64,000 nt of DNA from Paraspadella gotoi (GCA_051294375.1 CM119269.1:5837183-5901182); one strand, 5' to 3'. Shown: positions 12,301-26,486, counted from the stretch's first letter. Made by a program: numbers and translations. The notes: a model not told the origin generated them from the sequence alone.

Positions 12301-14710
12301 TGGCTTTTTTTCGACATTTTTAATAAAAATAGTAACTTTTGCAAAAACAGGTAACCATCTTTTGCAATACTGGAAACATGGGTTTTGCTTTTCTGATTCC
12401 GATATGATAGTAGAAGTTTCAAATGGCCCCCTCGTTCAAAACACCAATACTTCTGAATTCGATAATGATATAGCTTATGAATACATTGTAAGTATTAAAT
12501 CCCCAAGATCCAAAAAGGGAATAAGTTTGTTAGGAAGTGTTGTCGACATTCTTGATGATTTAATAGATGAACATTATCCAGGCCTATTAGACGTTGACCC
12601 AATGTTACAAAAGCCGATGTTAAAAATTGATATTCCATGCCCTGAATGCTCCAAAAGCTTAAAGCATTTATTTCCGTTTGATCAGTTAATATTAGCGGGT
12701 GAAAAAGATTCTTCTGTCTTTTGTCCAGTACATGAGGGTCGAATTTTGATAGAAACTTTGGCTCCTGATATAGTGCTTTGGGATTTGGATGTAGCATTGG
12801 AAAACTTAGAAACGAACTTAGACAAAATGAAAATGATTGGGGATGGTGGGTTTGGTTCTGTATATAAAACAACACTGGGAAATGAAACGGTAGCAGTTAA
12901 AGTATTCAAACAATCTGGAGAGATTCATCCACACAAGTTACAAAGAAAAGAAGCTTCTATATTACAAATGATACAGCACCAAAACATAGTGTCATTATTA
13001 GGAATTTCTCTAAAGCCACGTTGCATTATTTTAGAGTTTGCGCATCACGGCTCAATTGCCAATCATCTAAGTAAAAACTGTGACCATATTTCAACTCCCC
13101 TGATTTATCAGATATTAAAAGACATTGCGAACGCAATGGTATTTCTCCACTTGAAAAATATAATTTACAGAGACTGTAAACCAGACAATATACTATTGTT
13201 TTCTTTGGACATAAATGATCAAATTAATGCAAAACTTTCAGATTATGGAATTTCAACGCTTGCTACATCTGTTGGTTCAGTCCAACAAGAAGGTACACCA
13301 GGATATAGAGCTCCTGAATGTATATTAGGAGAATATTATTCTTTTCCAATTGATATATTTTCTTTGGGAATCACGGTTTTTGAAATAATTACAAAAGGAA
13401 AGCATCCTTATGATAACCAAGGTTTTAGATCAAGAGCGGAATATGATATAGGTGTTTGTAAAGGTTTGGAATTTGATCACCTTGCTGATTTTGGTTGTGA
13501 ATCCTGGCCATTTATGCAAGACCTTATCAGCAATTGCTTGAATTTTATCCCAGAATCAAGACCATCATCCCAAGATTTTTTAAAACAAGTAAATATTTCG
13601 GGATTTCTTCCGCTGCGATGGGAAATAGTTTTAGATTTAGAAGAAAGAATTGAAAAATTAACTTTTGTAAAAGATGAAATACACAAAAAAAGTAAAATTT
13701 TTTTGGCAACATTTGACCGAAATAAAAATCAAAGATTAATTTGTTTTGATTACTCAAAGCTTCCAAAGAAAGAGTCAGTGTTTCTAAGAGAAACTAGTCC
13801 CGTATCGTCAATGACAGCAATCAATACCGAGGAGGTTTTTCTGGGACTTCAGGATGGCAGCCTGCTATATGTGAATTCCAAATCACAAGAATCGCACTTC
13901 ATCTCTCAAATGGAAGACAGTATCGTTCAATTAGAAATTCTGACAAACAGTTTTATTTCCAAAATATGGATTTTGTGCGGATTAGCAAACGGCTGTGTGA
14001 GGATGTTCGTTCAGAATTATAATGGAAAAAACTTGACGATGCAAGAGGAAACTGTTCATGAAAAAGAGTATTGGACCAACAGCAGTCGACTCCCTGTTCT
14101 ATCCTTTTCTCGATCTCGTCATTCGCTTTGGATCATGACGCAAAACGAAGTCACGTCTTTCGATCTTGACGAAATTCGTTCGATGAATTTCACTGTCGCA
14201 AAAAGATTAAACGTAAATGCGGAGAAAAAAAGAAAGGGTGCCAAGTTCCTCGTCGATCCCGACGAAACGATGGGATTGTCATTCTCCATCAACGGATGCG
14301 TCGTCCGCATCTGGGATCTCACGGAACTCGATTATCTCACGAAGATCGAGGTGGACGCGAGTCTCTTCCCCGATTCCGACTTTTTCGTCGACACACGAAT
14401 CACGGACGTGATTCACGAACGTGAATCCGATCAAATTTGGGTGGGCACCAGAGGCGGGAACGTCCTCGTCTTTGAAATTAACGAAGATTCCGTGGAATCG
14501 CGTGCCTGCTTGCAAAGATACGATTGTCCCATCAAGCATTGGTGCGTGGCCGAATCGAGTGGTCGCGCTCAGGACGGTAACGCGTTGCTGTTATGCGCCA
14601 CTGAGAAAAAATCTATACCGGAACGAAGTCACGAATTTGATTATGTTATGAGGGAAGTTGAATCAAGAGGAGTCCTCCTAGTGTGGAACCCAAAATTCAT
14701 TCAATTCTGA
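3568..14710 (+). CDS. LRRK2: Leucine-rich repeat kinase 2-type ROCO protein (ARM-ANK-LRR-ROC-COR-kinase-WD40-like), ~2684 aa
   Basis: Exons 3568-3613, 5924-6142, 6628-6912, 7206-14710, all GT-AG and phase 1, total 8055 nt. Ankyrin SPLVIATEFGRKEVVKYLLSKGA; LxxLxLxxN repeats; ROC P-loop LVGPEKSGKT, WDFNG, PVILVGTHAD; COR MPYEPTGFF; kinase IGDGGFGSVY, VAVK, IIYRDCKPDN, DYG, GTPGYRAPE. Exon 1 (donor GTACAC) is the least certain. Confidence 0.92.
5009..5328 (+). mobile_element. DINE-1/HINE-like non-autonomous element, 5'-truncated copy
   Basis: Shares ATGACATGACAT..CTAAAAAA..TGCCCGTGTATT..GGAATTCCTGAAGGCGG with the copy at 43941-44195; GACA/GACC microsatellite then 3' stem-loop ending CAACTAA. 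Confidence 0.65.
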
Positions 14711-15329
14711 TTAAGTTTTTTTATTTGTTACTGTTACATTGATTCATATAGCGTTTTTCTTGAAACGAGTTGTCGTAAATTTCATTAAAATTAAATTAAA
14801 ATTAAAATGTCATTAAATTAGTTAATTAATAGAATTTACCCTTTTGAAATAAGGCGTTAATTTTGTACAAGCTACTAGTAAAAGGCTAATAAACTAAACG
14901 ACTGACAACCAAGTGTTCTTGCCATTTTTCCATCGCCAAGCATTAATTTTAATCCTCTCTGGAACGAAAGACAACTTTAATTTGCCGGCATCTTTTCCAA
15001 TTTATTAGTCACTATATTTATTCCAATGTTGTCCACATTGCAATAATTCCTTTCTTCTCCTTTTAACCATCTTCTTTTTTTTTAAATGATTCATTAATCT
15101 CATGGCCAACGAAACGCACGAAANNNNNNNNNNTGCAAAAAGACCACTGGCCACTGACTGGACGCGAGAAAATGGAAGGGGGGGGAGGAGGAAGAGGAGG
15201 AGGAGGAGGAAGAGAAGGTGGAGAAGGAGGAGGACGCAGCTGAGGAGAAGGCAATTGAACAGGGAGCGCCCGGGGGACTACATGAGTCACAAAAACGGAG
15301 GCCATTTAGCAACCGGCTTCTTTTCTTTG

Positions 15330-15532
15330 GAATTATGAAAACTAAGATGATGATTATGATAATGATGAAGACGACAACAACTTTGACGAGGATTACGATT
15401 ATGATTATTGTGATAACGATGACGATGACAATGATAATCATAATGATAAAATTACCGATGATGACGTTCTTGAAAATGACTCTGGCTTGTCGAAAACTAC
15501 GTAAATTTAGAGATGACGATGATGATGATGAA

Positions 15533-15590
<58 letters not shown>

Positions 15591-15711
15591 TTCTGCTGAT
15601 GATGACGAAGATGCCGATGATGACTACAACCAAGAAGAGCCCAAGAACAAAAAACGAAGCTTTAAAGAGAAAAAAACAAAGAGGCTGAAAAGGAGAGAGA
15701 AAAAGAAATAG
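15330..15711 (+). other. Asp-rich low-complexity segment with basic tail, frame-broken
   Basis: GAT/GAC frame gives DDDYDNDEDDNNFDEDYDY... and ends DDDYNQEEPKNKKRSFKEKKTKRLKRREKKK*; interrupted by stops and a (GAT)n run. Confidence 0.25.
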
Positions 15712-16496
15712 AAAGTTGGTTCCGTGGAAGCTTCCTTCGCTAATGATCGTTAGAGAAAAGAAAAAACTGCTTTTAAAAAGAAGGACTTTGTCCATTTAAG
15801 CGACGCTTGTCCATTTGAGCGCCGCTTGTGTCCATTTGAGACTCGTTTGCCAGAGTCGTAAAATCGGAAGAAAGAATAAAGTTTGAAACGACTTCTATAA
15901 CCAGAGGAAATGATTGAACCCGCTTATAAAGCCCCTAAAAATGCTCCAAGTATTAATTTATCTTTTTTTTTTTTAAAGAAGCGTATCTTAAAATTAAAGC
16001 ACAAAAACGGCATGTCTGTAAAACGAAATAAAAAGCAGAATTATCAGCAATTATCAATTACTAATCACACTTGACAAAGAAGAAACCAAAATACAATCTT
16101 ATTTCGGCCAATGATAAATTCGTAATATTAAAAATACTGTGCGGTTTTTAAACAGAATAAGAATGAATTTCGCTTTTTTATCCAAAAAAAAAAAAGAAGA
16201 AAATATTCCGTCACTGCGCCGGAAGAAGCAATGACTCGACAATTCAATCGAGAAATAAAAAAAACACTCAGACCAGATGCAAGCAATCGTTCATCCGTGC
16301 AGTCGTTTGCTATGGTACTATAATTACGTTTTTTCTTTTTTTATTTATTTTTCAGTCTAGAATTTTGATTTTTCCATACGTAATTATAAAAGTTTTTTCA
16401 AGCATGTTTATAAATAAAATAATTGTTATATATATTTTCATAATTTTCTAAAATTCACCTCGCGATTTCCCGACGAAGAAACGAATTCATCGACTA

Positions 16497-16561
<65 letters not shown>

Positions 16562-16779
16562 TCGTCCCACAATGACGCCATTTCTTTTGGCTTCGTCACG
16601 CGCCGCATTCCAAACGCCATGCGTCGCCTTCGGCACCGCCACGCGCTACATTCGGAACCGCCACTGCTAAATTAGGCACCGCCACTCGCTGCACTCGGCA
16701 CCGCCACCGCGCGCGCATTGTACTCCGCAAGGCGCCTCAAAGCGCCGCCGAGCGCGGCGTCTCCCCCATTTTTCTCTGA

Positions 16780-17012
16780 AATTGGTTCTTGATGCGCGGC
16801 GTTCATTTGTTTACATCCATCTTATCATCGCCGTCGCCTTGTTTTTCTTGTCCGACTGTTTTCTTCCGATATGGAGTCTCCTGCTTTTTTTTTTGTTTGA
16901 AAGAAAATTATTGGTTGTTGATGTCGTCGTCGTCGTCGTCGTCGTCGTCATTTTTATCGTCTCATCTTAATGTCGAATTCTTTGTTTACATCAAACTGTT
17001 TTTCTGCCTTCT

Positions 17013-17043
<31 letters not shown>

Positions 17044-17414
17044 ATCCGCGGCGATGGGTGTTCGTCTTCGGAGTCGTCAGCTTCGTCGCCTTCGCCGTTG
17101 TCCTCAGGGGCGTTCGTCTTCGTTTCTGTCGTCGTCTTGGTCGTCGTCGTCCTCGTCTTCATCATCATCGTCGTCTTCATATTCGTTGTCTTTGCATTGT
17201 CTCTTCTTAGTTTTCGTCATCGTCGTTGTCTTTGTCGTCGTCCTTGTCGTCGATGGTTGTTCGTCTTCGTCCCCTTCGTCGTCGTCGTCTTCGTCGTCGT
17301 CTTCAGTGGCGATGGGTGTTCGCCTTCGTCGTTCCTATCGTCCTCTTCTAATGGAGGATTTCCCAGGGCGCCAACTGCGTCGCGTCGAGAAACTCCGTGT
17401 TTTAATTGCGTCAT
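16780..17414 (-). other. Acidic repeat-containing coding-like segment, frame-broken
   Basis: Three related units GAACA(C/A)CCATCG followed by (GAC)n (E-H-P-S-P..DDDD); no continuous frame. Confidence 0.25.
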
Positions 17415-18325
17415 AAAGCTGTTTCTCGCGGCTCCAGTGCGGCTCCGGCGCGGCTCCGGCGCGGCTCCGGCGACTTGTCACGCCGGCGAGACACTTTGTC
17501 ACGCCGCGTAATTAAAGCCCTTTTGTCGTCTCGGCCGCCAAGACGACGTCGTTTCGCTGCATCGCTATACTGAGTGATCCTAGCGGTCGAAGAAATTGAG
17601 ACAATCTTTTTGTGCAAGAGGGAATTTTAAAATTGGTCTAACCATAATCGTTACGTTTGATTATTATTTGAATTTATATATATTTATATATTTTGATTTT
17701 CTGCTCATAAGAATATTGCAGTTTTTCCGCGTCAAAATTTGCGGCATTTGAAATTATCTAATCATCAATGTCTTTAAGGCTGAGCTTAAGTAGCAGATGG
17801 TAGAGACAAGAAATCATTGCAAGAGGTTGAGAGATATGTGGACTTTAGATTGTGAATTTGATGTGATGACACGTTTCTTGAGCATTAAATTTAAAGTCAA
17901 TCTGTACTAACCAACTATTGGTGGTTGGAGTCATGGTGAGAAACTGAGGCTTTGGAAAGAACAGGAAAAAAATTAATCTAATTAAACAAATGACTGATAA
18001 GAACAAAGAAAAATACCAGAAAGAACATTGAAAAAAAAAGAAACATAGAAATTCGGATCCGCCGCCATTTAGTCGACAACCGCCATGAAAAAAAAATGAA
18101 GATGATGATGAGGATGATTAAATTTTAAGCGAATTCCTCATTAAAAACTCATCATTGAATTGGAAATGCGTCCTCCTTTTCGGTCCACGCGATTCCATGC
18201 AAATATAATTTTCTATTTCCAAAGGATCGGGATCCACCAAATTTTTTTTTTTTTCCAAATTTTTTTTTGATTTTCGGTCTCTTTTTTTCTGACTTTCTGC
18301 TTCCCCTACTGATTAGAATTTCCTG

Positions 18326-18385
<60 letters not shown>

Positions 18386-19553
18386 TTCTTTTCCCACGTC
18401 TCGTTTCTCTCCCTTCCTTCCGTTCAGGGAATTAAAAACTCCCATAAAACCAGGAATTCAAAGACGCAGCGACGAGGGCGTGATTTCTTGTGATCTCTGT
18501 CATAGCCCGTGACGTCTCACACTTGATAAGGAAATTAGTACATAATGAAAATTTGATTCTTGTTCTTACTAACCTTTTTTTTTAATTGCAAAAGCTTTTT
18601 TTTGTTTATCTATAGGTATTTTTCGTATAAAATCTGAAGATGCCCATCATACCGCGGAAGTTCCTAAATTGAATAAAGTAAATTTATGGAAATTACGATT
18701 CAGAAAATTTACAACCAAAAATTTCTAATATATTTAAGAACAATTTTTTTGAGGAAAAAAATGGTGAAAAAAAAATTCTCATTCTTCATCTTGAAATTTT
18801 GTTTTGTTGAATTTGAATTTTAAGACTTAAGACCAAAGACGCGGAAAAACTCAGACTCACTCTCACCCAACGGCACTGTGGTACCGTGACATCCAAAAAC
18901 TTTCCTCTCAACGTCACACGCGCAATTTTTGTGAGTGGCCCTGGGCGCGAAGCTAGAAACTAGGGTGAGGTCAAAAAGGTGTCAGGTGAGGAAAAGGGTT
19001 TGAAAAAACTATCATTAATGAATAATTATAATAATGTGCAAAAACCAATTCCCACTATTACTCGTTGCTTTCGTCTTCAACTCTATCTTGTTCGTCGCCA
19101 CTCCCGGGAGACACCCCTGCAGTGTTGAATCAAACATTTTGATTTCTAAAAACGACGACGACGACGACGACGACGATAGAGAACATTTTTTATCCGATGG
19201 GAAAAAAATTTTATAAGGAGATGGAAATGATTTAGTTCGCGGAGTCAAAATCGCATGAATTACAAATCACAAAAACCATGAATCACTGAACAGAAGAAAG
19301 TAAATTAAATCATGTCGCCAAAATAATAAAGCACTATGTTAAAATAACAGATCGAAAATCAGTTGTATGACGAATTACACCGAAAACGAAAACAAATAAC
19401 AATCATACCATAATAAGTTTACATAGTTTCAAAAATTCAAAGAATATGCTCAACATTAGTATCGTCTACATTTTTAAAAAAAATTAATTAGTATCTGGAA
19501 GATTAATAGCAGGCAAGTAGCAATTCATTCAAATCGAAAAAGATTTTCGTTTA

Positions 19554-19742
19554 CTACTCTATACCATCACTTCCGCCATGGAAGTCGTCGTTGCCATCAC
19601 ATTTTTCGGTAATGTCGAAATTGCCATCACTTCTGGCGTCGGCGTCTTGGTTGCCATCACTTTCTCCATCAACGTCGAAATTGCCATCACTAACGTTCTC
19701 GTGGCGTCGCCATCGTCCTTGCCATTCCCGTCATTGTCTCTT

Positions 19743-19782
<40 letters not shown>

Positions 19783-20075
19783 GGAAGCCATCTCGAGATA
19801 AATGGATATAGTCGACGGATTCTGGCGGTGGTGGGGGTAACGTCGAAGGCGGCCGCTTTTGTGTATCTTAACAGAAAAATCCAACTCGGGGAAAATCCAG
19901 GGCGGAATCTGACCCTCGACGAACGGAATATAAACTGGCATCTGCTTTGAGGTCGGCGGCAGCGTCGGCAGCGGCGCCGCTGCGTCGGAGGAAGCGGCGT
20001 CTGCGCCGTCGGCTGCATCTGGCTCAAAGTCGACAAAAAAATGACGGAAAAAACGATAAAAAAATTCTTAGACAT
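19554..20075 (-). CDS. Probable small secreted Pro-rich / Gly-Asp repeat protein (apparent frameshifts)
   Basis: Signal-peptide-like MSKNFFIVFSVIFLSTLS at ATG 20075; 30-bp repeats GTGATGGCAA at 19560-19692; a sensible protein needs about three single-base frame changes. Confidence 0.45.
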
Positions 20076-20539
20076 TCTTTGCTCGGAAACACAACCGCTA
20101 AGGCGGCCGCGACGACGACGACGATGGCAGCGACGATGACGACTTGAAAGATAAAGGCTTACAAAGGTTTAGATTGGATTACATGAATTTTTTTGTCTCT
20201 TCATTCTTAAGGCATATTTTAGCGAAACAGGAATACGAAAATGCCAAGTGCATTCGAATTCGGTTATCAAGAGTAACATAAATTTATCAGCTTACTTTTT
20301 TTGCTATTGGTATCAATTTTTGTTTCTTGGCATATAATACTTTTCATGAGGTGCATTTAAAAGGCTACGTCGACCGTAAAATAAGAACGCTCCGCCAGCC
20401 ATCTGTCGCTCTATGCCATCTAGCTAAACCGACATAAGGCGACGAAACTACACAACAACAACGATGTACCAACGACGACGACGACATCAGACAACATCGA
20501 CCGACCGGCTCTTTTTCCAGCTTTTTGCTTCGCCTTTTT

Positions 20540-22161
20540 CGCTCCAGTTTACCTTAGGAGGCTTTCTCTTGTGTCTTTCAATGGCACAGCCCAAACATCA
20601 TGAGCCTACACAAGGCATCCATGACACACATGGACGCTTTCAACTCAACCTGCTCTTCAAGACTCGCATCTTCGTCGTCATCACGAATCGTCTCTTCTCA
20701 ACTCCGTCCACCCCTCCTCCAGTTCGTGCGCCTTCTCATCAGTATGCACGGACAATTCCAACTCTCGCCGGTCGCACCAAGTTTATAGACGAGGTATCGC
20801 GCATCGGGTCGTTAATACTCGTCTGTGACAGAATCATGAGACGATCGGTCGGATCTCACTTACGAAACTCTAGATTTTCTCTCATTCCTCTGCGAATCTC
20901 GTCCTTTACTCCATAACTTTAGGCGCGGCGAGTTCTATCTCTGTGTCACGGCAAGGGTATTCCGCGTTTTTTTTGCCTGAGAAAAGGATGAGTTTAGTCT
21001 CTTTGGTGCGGGTTTTGGTTGGCACCGAGGATTCTATGGGTGTCGCGTCACGTGGTCGACGTGCTGTGGACGGCGATACTTCGGCCTAGATCTGTTCTCG
21101 GTGTTTCCTCATCTCTCACGTCGATTATGCTGAATCCGTCTCCATCATCTCGATCAATCATCTCAGACGCTTCTGCTCCTAGATGCACGATCTCTCATCT
21201 CATCTCGCTCCTCCAGTTCTCTCCTCCTCTCTCTTCACACTACTCTCTTATCTAATGGCGTGTTCTTTAAAACCTTTAAGAACTACTGGTATTTGATAAA
21301 GTCGGTCTCGATATGGTAACAATGATAAACACGAAGGTGTTTTCTGCTTTCGACGGCGCCGATCGTTTTAAACTTTTTCAGCGGCGTCGAGCTGCGGCGC
21401 GCGTCTGGAGGCAGCGCAGTCGCCGCGGCGTCGAGCTGAGTGGCAATTTAATTCATCTATTTTACTTTTTCTATTAGTGTTTAATCAAAAACATAATAAA
21501 ACAATCGCAAAATTCTTCAAGGAACGCAAATTTAAATTCCAATACTTTAGATTCACAGAAATTGATCCGTGAGATGTCTATCTCGGAAGAATTCAGCGTT
21601 TCATATTAAGTTAAAATTCAGTGAGTGATTGTGAAACCGAACGCCGACGACGAACGACAACAACAACAACAACAACAGAAACCTAATGCTTCTCTTCTTC
21701 CTTTGATATTCTGAACCAAATTTTTTGATGCGTTTATCGAGAGGAAAAAAAATATATAGAATGTGGCGTTGAATAATAGATTCTGTGTGGCGGCGGACAC
21801 ATTGAGTATTTTATTTGATGTGACATCTATGAAGTGACTCTGGTGTGTCGGAGGATATCAAACGCTGAAGGGTTAAATCCATAATAAAAACTATGATTTC
21901 GAAAGCATTAAGAAAATAAGAAACCACCTGTAGAAATACGAAAAAAAGTAAATGTTTGATGTTTAATTTGACTAATAATTAAATTAAATTAGAAATATGA
22001 AACAGAAATCGCACCGCGAACAGATTACAGAAAACCAAGATGAAATTCCGCGTTTATCATGAAATCGTTTTGCTTTAATTTTTTTTGTAGAAGTATAATT
22101 TTTTCAAAAAGACAAAAAGAAGGAATTTGTGTTAGATTCTTTGAAATAGAAAAGGGAAATT

Positions 22162-22222
<61 letters not shown>

Positions 22223-22231
22223 AGAGAGGAT

Positions 22232-22262
<31 letters not shown>

Positions 22263-23328
22263 TAGAATTTTCTCTCTCGCAGAGGGTGAGGGACCAAATC
22301 GTTATAGTTTTTTATGAATTTTCAAGTTCTCTCTCTCTCTCTCCCGTCTCTCTCGTCCTCTGATGATTACTCCGCTCTCGCTCGCATCAACTCCACTTTA
22401 AGATCTCTACAAGAACATCCTTCGTCCAAACTCTCCTGACGCCGACCGGCGTACGAGCCCAATATCCATAGATCAAGATGGTAAGACCGAGCGGACGCCC
22501 GGGAAATTCATGGCGTGCAGATTAAACTAGGGCGCTCCGCATGTACTCGCATGCGTAGAGGCATTTAAGCCGCTATCGGCCTCTGGACAAATGCGAAAAT
22601 ACGAGGCCTTTGACGTCCCACAAAATTCTATTCTTGGGCGGGTGGACGCCAGCGGCGAGTATGCTTTCCCTCTGGGGCCGTATGTTATCTTGCTTGAAGA
22701 TGCCAGCTGAGATCCCGAGGAAGGACTCCCAGATCTGTGCGACGACGCAAGGTGAGAAAATCGGAGGCTCGTCGTCACCGATTCGAATCTCGAGAGAAGA
22801 ACTGATGCAGAAGTTCTCATCGTGTTGAATGAAATAAAAAAAGGAAAGAAAGAAAGAAAGAAAGAAAGAAAAAGAAAGAAAAGAAGAAGAAAGAAAGAAA
22901 GAAAGAAAGAAAAAAATAAATAATAAAATAAATAAATAAATAAATAATTAAATAAATTAATAAATAAATAAAATAAATAAATAAATAAAATATAAATACA
23001 TTATAATATAATATATTATAATATATATATATATAATATTTATTTATTTTAATTATTTATATAAATCCAATTCTTTTTAAAGTCATTGGAAATAACCAAA
23101 AAAAAAGGTTCACCTATCCTTTGGAGTTAATTTGGCAATTTTAATTTACTTCTCTCTCTTCTCTCTCTCTGCACTCTGCATCCTCACTCTCACTCCTCAC
23201 TCCTCACCTCCTCACTCCTCATCCTCACTCCTCTAACCACTGGAGGTTCTCCGTTGAGGCTCATTAAAGGCGAATTTATCGAGGCTCTCTCTTCTCTCTC
23301 GTCTCTCTCTCTCTCTCTCTCCTCTCTC

Positions 23329-23396
<68 letters not shown>

Positions 23397-24133
23397 CAGG
23401 ATCTAATCCTTCTCGGCCAGCGACATCGTGCGGAGGCCGAATCTAATCAGCTGGCGGCCGAAATGAGACAAAAGGAAATCGACGTCGACGACGATAAAAC
23501 AAAAAAAATAAGAATAGCGACGAAAACTAGAAAATGTCATCATCCAAACAAAACGATAAATTGAGAGAGGAAGATGAATGAGAGAGAGAGAGAGAGAGAG
23601 AGAGAAGATGAGAGAGAGGAGAGAAGAGAAGAAGAGAGAGAGAGAGAGAGAGAGAGTGATTTCACATCTGCGAATTTACAAGCGGCTTAAATCACGATAA
23701 ATGGCGACGCGAGACAATGGAAGGCGTTGACCACCTAAAAGATTTCATTAAAGGATAACGACTAAAGATAAAAGTCAGTTTGTCCATCTGTCTGCCGGTC
23801 TGAGTGTCTGACGTCCTGAAGTCACGCTCTTGTGTCTCATTCTTTCTTCGTTCCTTTTTTTACTCTCTTTGTCCGTCGTCTTTCCTGTCTTTCTCACATA
23901 CACACTCTCTCTCTCTTTCTCTCAAACTCAAACTCTCTTTCTCTGCCACGTTTGCATATTTTCCTCTGTAAAATGATCCTTTTCGTTTTCTCTCGTTGGC
24001 GGGCGATCAGCACCCAAAGAACCATGTTTAGTGTGTCATTGACTTTACGACCTTTTTCGCCTGGCGATTAATGGTGCCTAACTAACAGACATCCTCTCCT
24101 TTTATTTTCTTTCTTTGTTTCTTTGTTTGTTTC

Positions 24134-24169
<36 letters not shown>

Positions 24170-25465
24170 TAGTTTATTTATTTATTTATTTATTTATTTT
24201 TTTTATTTATTTATTTATTATTTATTTATTTATATTATTTATTTAATTTCCTTCTTTCTTTTCTTTCTCTTCTTTCTCTTTCTTTTCTTTACTTTCTCTC
24301 TTTTTTCTTTTTTTTTATTTTTTTTGTTCATGTCTTTCTTTCTGTTGTCAGTTTCTCCTTTTCTTAGCCAATTTTGTTTTCGTTTCTGCTGCAAATCATC
24401 TTTCGCCCCGCGTTCTCCTTCTCTCGTTCTCTCTTCGTCTCATCTCTCTCTCCGTCTCTCGCTCTCTCTCCTCTCTCCTCTCTCTTCTCTCGTCCTCCCT
24501 CTCTCTCTCTCTTTTCTCTACTAAAGGTCTTCAAGTTCCTCGGAGTCCATAATGGGAGAAATGGCCAATAGGTAATGTTCGTATTCCTCCAAGATTCCAA
24601 AAAAAAAATGGCGTCTTTCTCAGGCAAACGTGATTCTCACTCTGACGCAAATCCTCTTCTCCCGCCCCCACCACCCCCCTAGTCGAAACTTCCCCGGATG
24701 TAACTTAATCTACTCGCATGTAACCGGATCTCAGCTGGAGGAGGAACATGAAAATAAACGAGAAAAATCTCAGTAGATTCGAGACATTTAGTTTCCTCCT
24801 AAATAGCGTTCCTTTTTTCCCAAGCGGGCAACATTCTTCCAGCTATCCAGGTTTTAGCAGTCATGTCATTGTCCTTGTCATTGTCCTTGTCATTGTCATT
24901 GTCATTGTCATTGTCATTGTCATTGTCATTGTCCAGCTGTCGGCTGCAATTCTATCCCAAGGAAGCAAATTACATCTTCTCCAACCAGTTGCTTCAATAT
25001 CCATAATCACTAATCAGCCTTCTGTCCCATCCAGCAGCAGCATTTTCGCCCACCTCACCCCAGCATTTCTGCTTATCTTATCTTTTCTTCCCATTCAACA
25101 GCAGCTTATCTTACCCACCCAACCCCAGCCTCTCTTCTCCAGCCTTCCATTATTCATCGGATTCCCTCTGAAACGTCATCCGACGATTTCAAATAAAAAT
25201 TTTCTCCGTCTCGTCTCCCATCCCTCGTGGAATCTCTCATCTCTTCCATCTCTCTCCTCTCTCACTCTCCTCTCTCTCTCTCTCCCCTCTCTCTCTCTCT
25301 CTCGCTCTACTCTCTCTCTCTCTCTGCTCTCTCTCCTCAACGAAATCGCTGGCGGATTTACGGTAAAAACCCGAATTTTACGAGATTTTTTCCCCTCGTC
25401 GCTAAACCGAAATCGTCTGCTTGTTTTTTTGAAAATGGGCGGCGACGAAGAGAGAGAGAAGAGGG

Positions 25466-25520
<55 letters not shown>

Positions 25521-26435
25521 AGAGAGAGAGAGAGAGAGAAGCCGTGAGAATTTCGATGCCATTAGCTTCCGAATGAAAAGTTATTAGTCAATAAGGAATA
25601 ATGTCTCGTTTTCTTATTTGCGAATCAGAGATTTCTCGTTTTCCTCTTTTCTTACTTTCGTTTCCTCGACCATTTTTTTCAGAGTCATGATTTTGGCAGA
25701 AGATTTAGTAGTTGAGGGAGACAGAAGTCTCTGAAGATCAGTGCTTATTTAAAAATAAATATCATATTACTTCCGGAAATAATTTGTTTTCTTTTATATT
25801 ATTTGCATGTAAAGACCAAATCAAACTATTAACTAGTAGAATTACATAGAATCAGTATTTGGCCCATTCGCTAATTTACCAAATGTCCCCATAGTAATAA
25901 TAGTAATGCATAGGCTCATTATTTTCATTGCTATTGTTTCTCGAATACCGAATAATTCTCAGTCAAAAAATTTTCTTCTTGTCGTTCTCGATATCTGTGC
26001 TACGAATCTCCCATCTTTCATATTCACCAAATCACCACTTCGGTTATGAATCTCCCATCTTCCATATTCACTAAATCACCACTTTGGTTATGAATCTCCC
26101 ATTTTCCATATTCACCAAATCACCACCTCGGTTATGAATCTCCCATCTTCCATATTCACCAAATCACCACTTCGGTTATGAATCTCCCATCTTCCATATT
26201 CACCAAATCACCACTTTGGTTATGAATCTCCCATCTTCTATATTCACCAAATCACCACTTCGGTTATGAATCTCCAATTTTCCATATTCTCCGTCTCTCT
26301 GTTATGACCGCTGCTGCCGTCTTCATCCCACTCCATGAGGCTTCCCGCCCTTTTTATCTCTTTTTTATTTCCTTCCATTCTCCATTCTCCCTCTTTTCTC
26401 TCCAGATTTTTTTTCTGGTCCCCCAAGCGGGGACT

Positions 26436-26486
<51 letters not shown>

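Noticed and set aside
7384-14651. Short ORFs nested in or antisense to the LRRK2 exon
   Set aside because: Lengths expected by chance; no motifs.
26004-26290. CRISPR-like regular array
   Set aside because: Head-to-tail 44-bp units with no unique spacers, eukaryotic context, no cas genes.
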